From Diadema antillarum (Eukaryota), in assembly GCF_040938485.1 (NCBI RefSeq), contig NW_027271319.1, forward strand, positions 806,001-870,000: 64,000 bases of DNA. The letters run 5' to 3'. A program made the translations under genes and the position numbers. The notes beneath the pieces are model-generated. The model had not been told where the DNA came from and did no database searches. It worked only from the letters and a program-made list of their open reading frames with translations. Shown here piece by piece: positions 49,768-63,030 of the stretch. The stretch's first letter is position 1, and the number at the start of each line of letters is the position of its first letter.

Positions 49768-52700
49768 TTAATGTATGAATATAACCTTTACACTTTTCTT
49801 ATTTTCAGTTCGTTCATATTTTCCGTGTATGGAAGTAGGCCATATCATATCAATGCAAAGCTTTCCATCTACCGAATTCAAATCTGCCACCCCTCCCCCC
49901 CCCCCAAAAAAAAAAGTTTTGTAGATTTTTTCTGCATTGTATGGCTTTAGTGATGACGAATTCTATTTTTACTTCTGCCATGTCTTGCGTAATCAATGGA
50001 CATTGTTATAGTGTTGCTTATGTCTGTGTATGTAGTACATTTACATCAATTCAAGCAAGAAACTTCACTTTGAATCTACTAAACAATCATCGTTGGCGAC
50101 AAACAGGCATCTATTCTTGGCCACGCCCATTGAAATCCGATGAAGAATATGACTTTTGCCACCTGCAAAAGGTGAAACGAGGATAAAAGTTATGCAAGGA
50201 AGTCACTGCTAAACAAACGAGAATATAATGTATTATGCGTCACAAAACTACGACGAATTTTCATTTCCTTGGCAAATACATCTGTGCTTATTTTTTTTTA
50301 TATCGTATTTTTTCTCGGTTAAGTAACGGTTAGGGCAATCTTTATAAAGAAAGAACTTTTTGGTAATTAAATCATTCGTTTCAAGGTTCTAACACTAATT
50401 TTTGTTTTTCAGGCGCAGTCTGTCATTAATGTTGGTAATATGATTTTAATGTTGCATTAATTCTGGAATTCAGGATTTATGAGCATCTGTAAGCAAAATG
50501 ATAATTATTTATTATCATACTTACATCACGGATCTTTCGCGAATTGGTAATCTGTCACTTCTCAAAACATGTATAATCAACTTCTCCCGATTCTCAGTAT
50601 TCCTTCCTTGACCTCCGCAAACTGGCACTGACATTTAAAGTCGTTTTGAAGTGAATCTTCAAATACCTATAATGTCTTATTTGGGTTGCAAATGTGTGAC
50701 TTTTACTCAAATTCACAGTGAATATCTGCGAAATTCTGCGCTCAACTAGAGTTCTGTTCCCATCATGAACCCCTATTTAAAGCAATGAACCCTGTCGTGA
50801 CTGCCGGGACGTATTGATTACAATCAGCATGCGCGTGGGTACAGTGATACATGCTTAGATAAGCACATTCTCTTTTCCATGACAAATTGCACACGTCGAA
50901 TGCTTTGAAGATAGCTTGACTATGATAGCGTCCTGTTTTAGATAGACTGAAACGTGTACCCCTCGAAGGTGATCAAATATACGCATGACACATCCATTTG
51001 AAAGTCGTAATCATTATAGCTGAGTAGTGTAATGCTTCCGGTGGTGTTGACAGTCCTGCTTGGCAGACGATCACTGTATTACCATAGCGGTCGATCATCA
51101 AGTCAATCAACATTGTCGTACGACTATATAGTAGGGAATTTAAAGCAGCTTTAAAGGGTACGATTTAAGGTGAACTTATCTTCCTTTTTGAGGAGGGGGT
51201 GGGGATGGGTGGGAAAGAAATAATTCACTAATATTGAAATGATTAATACCAATAAACTGACCTAAGCTATCTGTATGGGTTGCAGCTTCTACCAGCTTTG
51301 CGATCTGGATATTATAATGCACTCAATTTTCGACTCGCAGATGCAAAAACAAACAAGTGAGAAGTTATGCACTTTTGTCCATCTTCATTTATTTTGACAA
51401 GATATATCGAGGCGATTACGTCCTAATAAGGTCGCGGATGAAGGGAAATTATTGGATTCTACAGTGCTGACCGCGATTTTTTTTTTTTCAAATGGTCCAA
51501 TTTGGGGTTTAAGCGAGAAGGAGGTATATGTATTATGCAGTCTAACCAAAGGGGCTCTAGCCTATAGATTGAATGAGTAAAAATGTGTTACTCGCTAACC
51601 ACGGGGAGGCGGAGGGGAGATTATTTATCGTCTGTAATGTGTCTCGCTCCTATGATTTGATAACCCAGCTATCTCATGGCATGAAATAAAAGACGAAGAA
51701 GAAAAAAGTAAGGAGACACAAAGAGAGAGAGAGAGAGGGAGAGAGAGAGAGAGAGAGTAAGAGACGTGTAGCCATAGTCAACAGAGCAACGCGAATATGC
51801 ATCCGCCGTCCCCGGGTAGAAACGAGTAATTATGGTGTCTTTAAAGAAACCAAAAAAAAAAAAGCTGCGGAAATGCCACACGCGAACCGGATAGCTAATC
51901 TTGCCTGTCTACCCGACTCAGACGCAGTGGCGTTAACTGCGCGGCCGTAAATGGCGAGTTCCCCTGAAATCCATCCGCGCCCCCAAGACGTTTGAATGTT
52001 GACAGACGATAATAAAAAGAGAAAGAAAAGCAGAGAGGGAGAGAGAGAGAAAAAAAAAACACACACACATACACACATGCTGTACACACACATATTCATA
52101 CACAAGATGTACTAAACATTGAAACATTTGCAATCTCTATAAAACATGAAATCACACACATATTTTCAAATTCAAATTCAAAATTCAAACTTTATTTCAC
52201 ATTTTTTTTCCAACAGAATGTACAAGAAACATCATGATAAATTTGACATGCGAGTCGTTGATAATATACATAGCCAGACAGGGATAACAACATGTTCATG
52301 TCTACATGTTAAGTACAAAAAGAAGCATACGCTCTATTTATACACTCTGTGAAAAAAAAGTGGAGGTACCCACTCAAAAGACTATGCTTGACGAAATGAC
52401 GAACACTTTCACTTCATTTTTTTGCCATTACATAATCCCTTTGCCTTGCAATAATTGGCTAAAAAATCTGTTATAATCATGTATGTCATTAGTAAGTATG
52501 CAAATAATTCACATTACACAGGGCGTCAATAAACTTATCCGTTGGATAATAACTTTGAGAGAGTGATTCGAAACTGTTTCATGGTTTACTATCGCCAGAC
52601 CAAGAGTTGTCCATTATTTGTTTTATGAAATGGTGACACGATCTTAATTCCTCAGCTGGTATATTCCCAAGATTCCCAAGCCAGCACCAGCTCCAATCTT

Positions 52701-52912
52701 ACCAGGTAGGCCTACCTCCTTTACAGAATTGGAGCATTGTGAAGGTATAATGCACAGGCGAAGCAGTGGAGGGGGGGAGGGTGAACGCAGACGAGCGTTT
52801 GTTAGAACTGGTCATTCGTAAACTGACTCCCATTTATAACCATTTATAACCGTTAATAAACATCATAAGTAACAGTTCGAAATTCTACTTTTCACATTAA
52901 ATGTCATGTCTG

Positions 52913-53588
52913 ATAATTATATAATATTGACTGGCCTTGAGGGAGATACCAGAAAATATTGCCCAAACTGAAAGAATATTTTTCAGTGCGGGCAATATTT
53001 TCTGGTATCTCCCTCAAGGCCAGTCAATATCATAATTATTACCTTTCCCCTAGGTAAATTAGGAAAATATGTGAATACGGCTATACACTGTGATATAGAT
53101 CAAGCCACATTTGACTTACCTGTAGATCATCACCAACATGTCGAATAGTTGCTAAATTTTTCATCAATGTACATCATTCAACTCCAACTTCCAAGATACA
53201 TATTATGTAGTTATAACAGGCGAACTTCAAATCTCTGAACTATGTACACTTTGTTTTTGCTTCTGTTTCAACTTGGAGAGTTGTAATAACTGATGGTCAC
53301 TGTGCAGTTATTAAGCACAAATGGACTCATCATTGTTTGACGCGTAGTGCTGCTGGAAGAGGTCGACCTTGTATGAGTTAATTTATTGGTGTTCTTCTGC
53401 GGTGCGTGTGTCCCGGATTTGTGAATGTCTCCTCTTTGTGATTGACCAGAATGTTTACATGTAAAGTGAATGGCGAACCCCGGAAGAAGGGTGATACCCA
53501 CTAATATTGCCCGCTGAACTTGACGACCGATCAAAATACCAACTATAATTGCCCCGCAAAACTACCTCATATAGGTGATAATAATTAT
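52913..53588 (-). mobile_element. Crypton-like (tyrosine-recombinase transposon) non-autonomous relic
   Basis: Bounded by ATAATTAT at 52913-52920 and 53581-53588. Contains a perfect 41-bp-arm hairpin (52924-52964 / 52990-53030) and a third, degenerate arm copy near the other end (GGGTGATACCCACTAATATTGCCCG, about 53489-53513). A minus-strand ORF remnant ends in a Ser/Thr-rich tail plus FVLNNCTVTI, which recalls DUF3504/Crypton C-termini. Confidence 0.45.
52924..53030. repeat. Perfect inverted repeat, 41-bp arms, 25-bp spacer
   Basis: ATATTGACTGGCCTTGAGGGAGATACCAGAAAATATTGCCC and its exact reverse complement, checked base by base. Confidence 0.97.
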
Positions 53589-54051
53589 TTTCCTCCTGTC
53601 AATTCCACTAGTTTTCTCCTTTTAGGGTGGTGATAATTCAATGTGAGAAGAATAATCCCTGCCTCGACTTAGAATACCACCATCTTACAGCTTCTATCTC
53701 AGTTGTTATAATTTGTGACTATCTGGAGACATTCGGAGAAAATCTAATCAGATTTTGGGGAATGCTCTGATCCCGTATTATCTTGGAAGTATACAAGCTG
53801 CTTATCCAGTTGGTCAAACTTATATGTCCATCTGTATCATGATTATGATTGATATGTGTTGGTCTACTTGAACCAACTTGATTGCTTTCAACAGCTACAT
53901 ATTGGGTTTTTTTTTTAATACAAAGCATACTGATATCTGAAATTGGTCGTTGTGGGTACATGACTCACAAATGTCAGGAAGAACTTACGAAGGGGCTTGT
54001 CACTTGGGCTCAATTTGCTCAAAACATTCACTGTCGTTTTGAATTCCGCCC

Positions 54052-54055
<4 letters not shown>

Positions 54056-54086
<31 letters not shown>
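54056..54086. repeat. (TA)n microsatellite
   Basis: Seen directly in the sequence. Confidence 0.95.
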
Positions 54087-54090
<4 letters not shown>

Positions 54091-54739
54091 TTTCTCATGT
54101 GTTGTATCAACACATGAGAAAGAGCGAATCGCTCGAAAATTTGTGTGCTGAAAAAAACTATTTGTGACTACAGCATGTACTNNNNNNNNNNNNNNNNNNN
54201 NNNNNNNNNNNNNNNNNNNNNNNNNNNNNNNNNNNNNNNNNNNNNNNNNNNNNNNNNNNNNNNNNNNNNNNNNNNNNNNNNNNNNNNNNNNNNNNNNNNN
54301 NNNNNNNNNNNNTATTGCAGTTCTTTTAACAGCATGTTGCAGGCAGAACCAGATTCACCGCAGCTCAAAAACCCGGTGGCGAGTGCTCATGCCTGATTGA
54401 ATGGTTTTTGAGATTGACTATTACGGTGTCAAATTGCACAAGTTTTTGGCGCGATGCGATCGTCTTCTTCTTTCTTTCTTTTTTCCTTTGGACGTCGATT
54501 TTTTTTTCTCTCTCTCTCTCTTTTCCTTCCCCTCAAACGGTGGGGATCCATTACACGTCCTCTTAATTCTTACTCTAGGCAGAATGGACGCGATAAACGT
54601 ACACACGAGCACAGGTTGACGTCCGGGCGGGGAATAAATGCACCCCTTCCCCCACTACTTGACTACACCCTACCCGATAATAAGGAGAGATACCCCCATT
54701 ACGATTTTTTTTCCAGATAGAGCAAGGACCAGGGAGAGA

Positions 54740-54788
54740 ATACATACATACATACATACATACATACATACAAACATACATACATACA
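54740..54788. repeat. (CATA)n microsatellite
   Basis: Seen directly in the sequence. Confidence 0.95.
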
Positions 54789-56312
54789 TGATGCTACATG
54801 GTCCATTAAAAGGGCATCTCGTTATAATCCTACTGAAGCGGAAGATTTCACAAATTAATGTTCTTCGATAAAAATGAAGGAAAATGATATCTGATAATAC
54901 ACATATATTCTTCTGGAGTTTTTATACAATCGGCAAATAGGGGGCATATTCGTCATAACCATTAGTTTCCCCTATAGAAGAGGGATCCTACAGTAAAGAA
55001 ACAAAAGAACGAATGATAGTTTCTTAGATGAAAATGAATGAAAATGATATGATAATATGATAAGACAGATACTCTCTGAAAGTTTTACAATAGGCAAAAA
55101 AGCAATATCCTCTTTTTCTCATCCCCCCCCCACAATATATACACATCTCCAAATTTAATGTCTTCTAGAAGGCTTAAAAGGAGTCTTAGGGGTTACTTCG
55201 ATCGTTTTTTACAGTTTCTAAAGTCGTAAACCTTCACTCACAAGTTGAGGTTGGTGAGTAAAACGGATTACGTCAAAAATGACCGGTAAGGAAATGGGGT
55301 TTGTCCACCCAATGTTGATGTATATGTTATAATTATATGAATGGTTATTCGGTTATGACAGTCTAGTTCCAGCCCTTTGCTCAAGGCTCAGAAGCATGGG
55401 GGGGGGGGGGGGGTGGAACTGTATATCGAAAATATGGACATCAGAATTTTATTGCTATAACACCTCCTCCCCCTTCCCTCATTAGCCCATTCTGTGCCAA
55501 AGAGTAATATATGCTCACATTTCACACACATACACATACACACACAAAAACACACACACACACACACAACTTGGACTGGAAATTATTGTGGCACGCGGAA
55601 GGTTAAATCGGCAAAGAGCTGCGAATAAGGAAACACTAAGGATATAGACGGAGCGGGGGAGAAGGGAAACATGTTTTATACATACCATTCGCTGGTTTCA
55701 AAATGCGAAGAGAAAAGCGTCATTGTGAGGTCACGGCCATCGTGCATCCTTTATGACGGGAGGCGCGCTCGAAGCCCTCGGAAACATTCGTCTTCCCGCC
55801 TGCTCCTTTAAGGGATCTGCGTGTATGATGAAGGATGTGTGAATATATGCATCATGTGTTTGCGCGATAAGGGAGGTGTAGAACGGCAAAGACAAATTGG
55901 AAAACCAACTGCCGGCGGGGCGTTCCCGTTTACAAAAAAAAAAAAAAAAGTAGGAGATGAGAAGGAAAATGGATGCCGCATGTGAAATCATCGCTACATT
56001 GCATTTGGCAACCCTTGAAGAAACAAGAAAAAAAAAGGTGGTCCGACCTTAAAGAGGAATATCGAGCAGGGCAGACGGAAACTACATGGTCGAGGTATTG
56101 CAAATAGCTGCTGTTGAGCAATCGCTTGCCAATTAACAACATGAAAAAAAAAGAAAAGAAAACTGCACATTCTGTGTCACGCCAATTCATGTACCATCAA
56201 AAGGTTAATGATGTGCGTAAAGCATGTAGGCTTTTTGACACCTTAAACAAGGTGTTTTGCAGATGATAATTTTTTATTGTTTTTGTTTTCGTGCGTGTGT
56301 AAGTGTGTTTGC

Positions 56313-56316
<4 letters not shown>

Positions 56317-56357
<41 letters not shown>
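56317..56357. repeat. (TG)n microsatellite
   Basis: Seen directly in the sequence. Confidence 0.95.
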
Positions 56358-56360
<3 letters not shown>

Positions 56361-56636
56361 GAGGGGGGTGAGAGAGTGTGTGAGAGAGGGGATGTGTTTG
56401 ATTTTAGCTTTCAAAGTGCCCATGAAAGACCCAAAGAAAACATATTTGACGACCATTATTTGTCCGGTTATTGAAACCACGTGGTGTTTTACCATCTACC
56501 TTAGATGAGAACGCGTGAGGAGATTGGTGCAATCAGAAGATTTAGATAGATAACATTTTTGTGTAATCAGATAACTTTTTGTTTTACCTTGGAAAGGTGT
56601 CGTCCTTCGGGAATTGCGGACTCATCAATAACCTGT

Positions 56637-57016
56637 AACTACTATACTACGTCTACTACTTCTACTGCTACTACCACTATTATGTTTAATACTACATTGT
56701 ACTACTATATACATATAGTACTACAACAGCTATACTACTACTACTACTATTACTACAGATACCACTCTTACTACTATAGCTATATAATATCAATATTTCA
56801 ATATATACTACTACTACGACTAATAGTAGTACTATTAGGACTACTACTGTTACTGATTCTGTTACTACTACTACTGCTGCTGCTACTGCTACTACTACTA
56901 CTACTACTACTGTTATTACTACTACTATTACTGCTACAAAAGTACTACTACTACTACTACTACTCTTACTGATATTACTGCTACTGCTACTACTACTTAT
57001 ATTACTACTACACTAC
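56637..57016. repeat. Long degenerate (CTA)n trinucleotide array
   Basis: About 380 bp of CTA/CTG/TTA triplets. This explains the spurious poly-Y/L/T ORF at 56559-56972. Confidence 0.95.
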
Positions 57017-57244
57017 AGTGTCACGATTACAATAATTACCAAGGACAATGAAAGTGAGGATATGATGCAGTGAACATCATTTATCACTGGTCGACCTATT
57101 ACCATCTCTGGTATTTGCAGTCATCCGTTTCTTTCTTTCTCTCCTTCGAATGTATCTCTATCCCTTTCCCTCCCAATGCCACTCAGGCCATTGATTTCAT
57201 TTCGTTTCATTTAATCATTTTAAGTTTTAACAAAGATTATTGCT

Positions 57245-57735
57245 AGGTAGGCTATGGGGATTTGGTTGACTGAATGTCAGCTACAGTATAAGTTATTGTA
57301 ACATCATACCAATGAAGACATGTTGGTGTTCATGTTAATACTATAGTCATTAAGAATGCAATGGATATTCAGTATGGGCTTTATGTAGAGTGTTGTAGAT
57401 TCTCCGTTTTACCTCAACCGCCCACAGGAAAGTGTAGGAATGATGATTCAAAAACATGTTATTCATTATCATTTAGCAAATATTATAGCGAGGTAAGCCA
57501 TGGGGAATTGATTGACTGGGTTTCAGCTACTTGTAAGTTATTGAATAATCATACCAATAAAGACATACAGAAATTCATGTTAGTAGTAGTCATTGAAAGA
57601 AAAAAAAAATTAAGAATACAATGGCTATTCAGTATTAGTTTCATGAAGATTTGTAGAACCTTCATTATACCTCAACCGCCCCCGGAAAAATGGAGGAAAG
57701 ATGATTCAAAACATATCTAATATTATATTTAAAAA
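57245..57735. repeat. Diverged 246-bp tandem dimer
   Basis: AGGTA(G/A)GC(T/C)ATGGGGA starts at 57245 and 57491. The shared ATCATACCAAT, TACCTCAACCGCCC and GATGATTCAAAA blocks are colinear. Confidence 0.85.
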
Positions 57736-59488
57736 AAATAATGCGATGATGAGGAGAGGAGAAAAACAAGAAGAAGACGATAAGCACTTAGCGATACCTG
57801 CGAGAGTGCTCGTTCATCTGTTCATTTCCCACGCATAGCTGTGACACTCCAGAAAGGCTTGTTCAATCGAGTTCTTGACATGTGATGATTACCTTCTCCA
57901 CAAAACAAAGACAAACAGTGCGATCCTGACACGTCTCGCTGGGTAGAGAATGTACCTTCCCGCGATCTCTAGTCGGTTGTATGCGCGAGAATGTAAGGGG
58001 GGGGGGGGAAATCGAGGTGGAGAGCGAACTCTCAGACTGTATTTTAATTGCTATCTCCTGGAGTGTCTGTAAGTCAAGATCGAGACATCTTCTCGGCATT
58101 CGCTGTTTTGTATTTTCCTCTCTGTCTGTTTGTTTGTGTGTGTGTCTGTCTGTCTTTCTGTCTCTGTCTGTCTGACTCTTCCTTCCCTGCTGTGTCAAAT
58201 TGTCCCCATTGCAGCGTGTGAAAGGCTCTTCTTTTTTTAACTTGTGAATAGTGCATTAAAAGAAAAAAAAAAACTCACTATCACTAGAGAGTATACTCCC
58301 TGGTGATAATTACGTGTCATTTTTGCGTTACCCCTTAGTTTGCCACGCCCCCGTGTCGATGAAAAGGGAGTGTGTGAAAACATTATGGACCTTCCCCTTG
58401 ATGCTAGAGGCGAGCTTTTCGTTTTCAAAGTGCCAAGTAAAATAAATTGTTTTACATATCTATGCTCATGGAATTGCTCGTCTATCAGCATGTAGCTCTA
58501 GAATTCTAGATGTAACTTACTGAAAACGACAGAAAATAGCGATGGTATAGCTTAGTTTGCTTCAAATACGGATGAGATGGTAATAAGAAGAAAACACGAG
58601 GCGGATATAATGAGGTATAATATGGTGCCAGCAAAAGAAGATCGGAAACGTAAATAATTGTAAATCTGTATATCTATCTGTCTCTTCTTTTGACTTGAAA
58701 TACTACAGTTTTTGTGTATCTATGTATGTACAGTATGATAATACCTATCTATCTCTTTCTTTCGCTCTCCTCATATTCTCTTTATATAATTATCATTTAA
58801 CACACACATTAATGATAAATGTTTGAGTTATGGTGACATAATTTATGTTAATTTAACATGATTGTAATTTACTGACGTTATTCTTGTGGTCGTGTAGAAG
58901 AAACTTCATGGGCATTGTAGATGACCAGTTAATCATCACTCGTTTGCGTAAGATTAACAGCGCGGGAGTAAAAAAGTGTAATTGTCATAACTCAAGTGGA
59001 GAGCACACACATTGTCGAAGTCATTCATTAAGGGTCAGGAGCCAGATGTCCTAGGGAGTCGTTGGCTGGATCCGTGGGCAGCCACGTGGGGGCAGGTTTG
59101 ATAGTCGTGTGAGTCCCATCTCGGGGGTGGGGGGGGGGGGGGGGCGGAGGAGAAAGACAAACAGACGCAGACAGAGGCAAACAGACGCAGACAGNNNNNN
59201 NNNNNNNNNNNNNNNNNNNNNNNNNNNNNNNNNNNNNNNNNNNNNNNNNNNNNNNNNNNNNNNNNNNNNNNNNNNNNNNNNNNNNNNNNNNNNNNNNNNN
59301 NNNNNNNNNNNNNNNNNNNNNNNNNNNNNNNNNNNNNNNNNNNNNNNNNNNNNNNNNNNNNNNNNNNNNNNNNNNNNNNNNNNNNNNNNNNNNNNNNNNN
59401 NNNNNNNNNNNNNNNNNNNNNNNTCCACAAGAGCACACGATGAAAAAGGTAGATGTAGGTTAAATAGCGTTAGATCGCTATACTATTA

Positions 59489-59505
59489 TAGATAGACAGA
59501 TAGAT

Positions 59506-59538
<33 letters not shown>

Positions 59539-59560
59539 TAGATATAAATATATAGATACA
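59489..59560. repeat. (GATA)n microsatellite
   Basis: Seen directly in the sequence. Confidence 0.9.
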
Positions 59561-60069
59561 TATGGAGAGGGGGAGGAAAAGAGAAAGAAGTTACATAGAT
59601 GGAAAAAAAACGGACAGAGAGTGAGAGAAAGATAGCTTTATGTTATCATGATCATATTATATTGCACGAAAATGATATGTCTATATCTCCTCTCTGAGAC
59701 TTTTCGAGTCCACACATCAAACATGTCAATACATGCCAGTTGATGAACTGGGTGGCAAATCGGCCGTTTTTCTACATGTACGAGTAGATCTCTGTAATCT
59801 GTTGGATATTTTTTTTTTTCAATTTTTGTTTGCTCTTATGACACATCTTCCCAGTCACAATATGTAATTGCCTGGTGATTTAATCAAGATATCGATGTTT
59901 AAATATTAAAAGTATTTCAAATATCTGGCTCATCATCTTGGAAAAAAAAAATCTGATAACATCGTCAAACATCGATTTATGGGATACCAATAGTTTTAGA
60001 CTTTTTACACACTAGGCTCTTCAGTGATGTCAGATCTGCTCCAATTATTATCCGATAACCTACAAAAGA

Positions 60070-60600
60070 AAAGTCAAAAATAGGAGGCAGCAGTTTTTTT
60101 TTTTGTTTCTTTTTGGTGTTTTTTTTTAAGAATATCGCATGCGGCGATGCATACTAAGATTAGGTTCTTGAAGAGCTTATTTCAAATCATCTTTTAATTG
60201 GCTTCTAGGGTTGGGGTATACACGGAGGAGCAGAATTAGATGATGTTTTCACGGATAAGATCTGACCCCGAATTTGCAAAACGGTGACGCAAGGAGCAGT
60301 CGCATACAAAAAAAAAAAGAAGAAGATAGAATAAAGATAAATTGTCAAAAAGGGGGCTGTTGTTTTTTGAGAATATCGTATGGAGTGATACACGCTTAGG
60401 TTATGCGTTTGAAGAGTTATTCCATATGATATTTTAATTGACTATAACGACTGGAGTATACTCAGACAAACAACATTAGTTGAAGTTCAATCAAATCCAG
60501 ACCCGAAGGATGTATGCAAAGTAAGAGCGTTATGGAATTTTGAAAAGTTTACGCGATATCTCAAAACGGTGACACATGGATCAGTATAAATTGCGCAGAT
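60070..60600. repeat. Old diverged tandem repeat (two units of about 270 bp)
   Basis: AGAATATCG(C/T)ATG...TTAGGTT...TTGAAGAG...TTTTAATTG...AAAACGGTGAC occurs twice, starting near 60129 and 60369. Boundaries are approximate. Confidence 0.6.
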
Positions 60601-62934
60601 AAGAGAAAACATAACATCAACGCTTTATATATCTCCCATTGACATTTGCAGAAATCCAATAAATCTCGACGCGTTGGGAAAACATGAAATCAAGACGAAT
60701 ATCTTTATATATTTGTCTTCTCTCCTAGTCTTGTTATCATCACCACTGCAGATTTGAGTGATCTTGACTAAAGTACCACGTGGATGAAAACATGTGAACT
60801 AGAACTTTCCACACCTTTTTTAATTTTTTGTTCGATTTTGATATTATCTGATCCTATTTTGTGTATGACAGCTTGTTTAAATGTTTGGAAGTGCGCTTTA
60901 AATCAAACATACAAACAAGTAAACAAATGCAATAGGTTGAAAAAAAATGGCGTTATGTTTGTAAAGTCCGATCTCCCAAATTGTTTTTGTTTTTTCTGAT
61001 TTAATTTTCATTGACTGCTGTTTAACTAATATCAATGTCGTGATGATGGTTGACGTCTGACTTGTTGAATNNNNNNNNNNNNNNNNNNNNNNNNNNNNNN
61101 NNNNNNNNNNNNNNNNNNNNNNNNNNNNNNNNNNNNNNNNNNNNNNNNNNNNNNNNNNNNNNNNNNNNNNNNNNNNNNNNNNNNNNNNNNNNNNNNNNNN
61201 NNNNNNNNNNNNNNNNNNNNNNNNNNNNNTGAACTTTGTTATTGGCTTAGTACATTGACTACAGTTATGTATTGAAGAAAAATAAAGAAAGGTTTGATAC
61301 TACATACCTTCTGTTGCAATTCGAATGATAAGAATGCTTGGGAATTGACGTATTAAATTGCTTTCACTCTTTACTCATTGTGTTTGTTTCTGTTCTCCCC
61401 CCCCCCCCCTCACGTTTTATGCTTGACTGCATCAGGTCATGTCACCCGTCATTTGTAACTGTACATATTGCTTGCGAAGGTCATTCCTAGGCTATTACTT
61501 TCTTTTCACGTCATTTGAAAGAAGGAACTGAAGAAAGTTGATTAGTCCCAAATGACATGACAAAATATAAATCACCCTATGTACATTCACTGCAGATGTC
61601 TACCGTGGTTCAGTGGTAACGGTTCATACTTCAGTACGTAGGCAGTACTCGCGACTTGCCGTTTGTGTCGAAACGGAAGATATGTTTTCAAACGATATCC
61701 GAAGCTATACATAACCATCAGAACCGGTTACGTCTAGACTATTAGACGCTGCAAAATTGCTCTGCGATTCTCTGAATGGTTACCGTATTATTCGACGGGG
61801 AAAAGTGCGCTACTCGAATTTGCCCTCACGTGGTAACAATGCAATGATGTAATGCAGAAAACGAAGGAATGGAGAGGGAGATAGAGATGGTGAGAGACAG
61901 ACGAAGAGGGAGAGAGGGAGGGGGAGAGAGGGAGAAGCGAGGAGGTAAAGATGACAAGTAGGCCTATAGGGAAGAAAGATAAGTGCGCCCTAACAAATTG
62001 CACACTACGCGATTTAACTCGTAACACGTGTGCCGTGCCTCTGCGTTTGATTGGTTTTGGCAATGTCGACTGCATGTCAAATCTGTAGTTGAAAGACAAG
62101 GGAAAAATATGTTCACGGGTATTAAAGAAAGAATATGTCGCTTCATAATCGGTGTTCTGCATTCTGGAGAACACAGGAAAAAAGGCAATGCCTTCCCAGT
62201 GCTTGGATGTCACACTGTCCGTTTAGGATATTCCTACTCATACCTTGTCCGTTCAAATGCAGATATCAAACGATTATTTTTGTTTCTCATACGATACGAG
62301 TTTTCTAAAATTCTCGATGAGTCTGCTCAAGACCCGACAGGTTCCCGTGGATGATTAATCACGAGTCCATTGCAGAAAGATAATGATGATATTGGCGATG
62401 TTACATACATGTATCGTCGTACGCACTGGCACACGTCGCATATACACGCAGACACGCCGGGGTCTCAGTAGGAAAATCATCTTCTAAGCGGTTTATTTTA
62501 GGTTATTTGCTTCCGCTGAGTTCCGAAAATGAGTTATGGCTTTATTTTTTTACCCCGTTCTTTCTCTTTATCATTTCTTTCAAGGGTGAGGGGGGGGGGA
62601 CGTCGAATTTTCAGGCGTGCATGTCGATGTATACGCGGCGCGTTCGGGACGATTTATTATTTCACGTTTACGGCGGTAATTAATAATGTTTGCGATCCTC
62701 CAGATGTTTGTACATCTGTCCGACCGAAGGAATGCGATTAGTTCATGGAGGGATCTGTCAAATAGCAACGGGAGCATTCTGATAAACGATCTTTATACTG
62801 GTCCCAAGATATTTGCTCACTCGCTGGAAGATCCATCATTTGCTAGACATCAAGTTTTTTTGGCACCCTTGATAAATGCTCAGTTTCCCTCCATCGTCCT
62901 TCTTTTTTCTCTTCATCTCCTCCTTCGTATCCAT

Positions 62935-63030
62935 CCTCCTTATCTTCATCGTCATCCTCATCCCCTCCTCCTCCTCCTCCTCCTCCTCCTTCTTCTTTTT
63001 CTTCTTCTTTTCTTCTGTTTCTTCTTCTGT
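62935..63030. repeat. (TCC)n/(TTC)n polypyrimidine microsatellite
   Basis: Seen directly in the sequence. Confidence 0.9.

Noticed and set aside
50413-50434. Strong acceptor TTTGTTTTTCAG| followed by a short segment and GTAATA
   Set aside because: The phase-1 frame reads GAVCH* (stop) and the donor is weak.
61607-61660. Weak tRNA-A-box-like GTGGTTCAGTGGTAA
   Set aside because: No B box or SINE body could be identified downstream.
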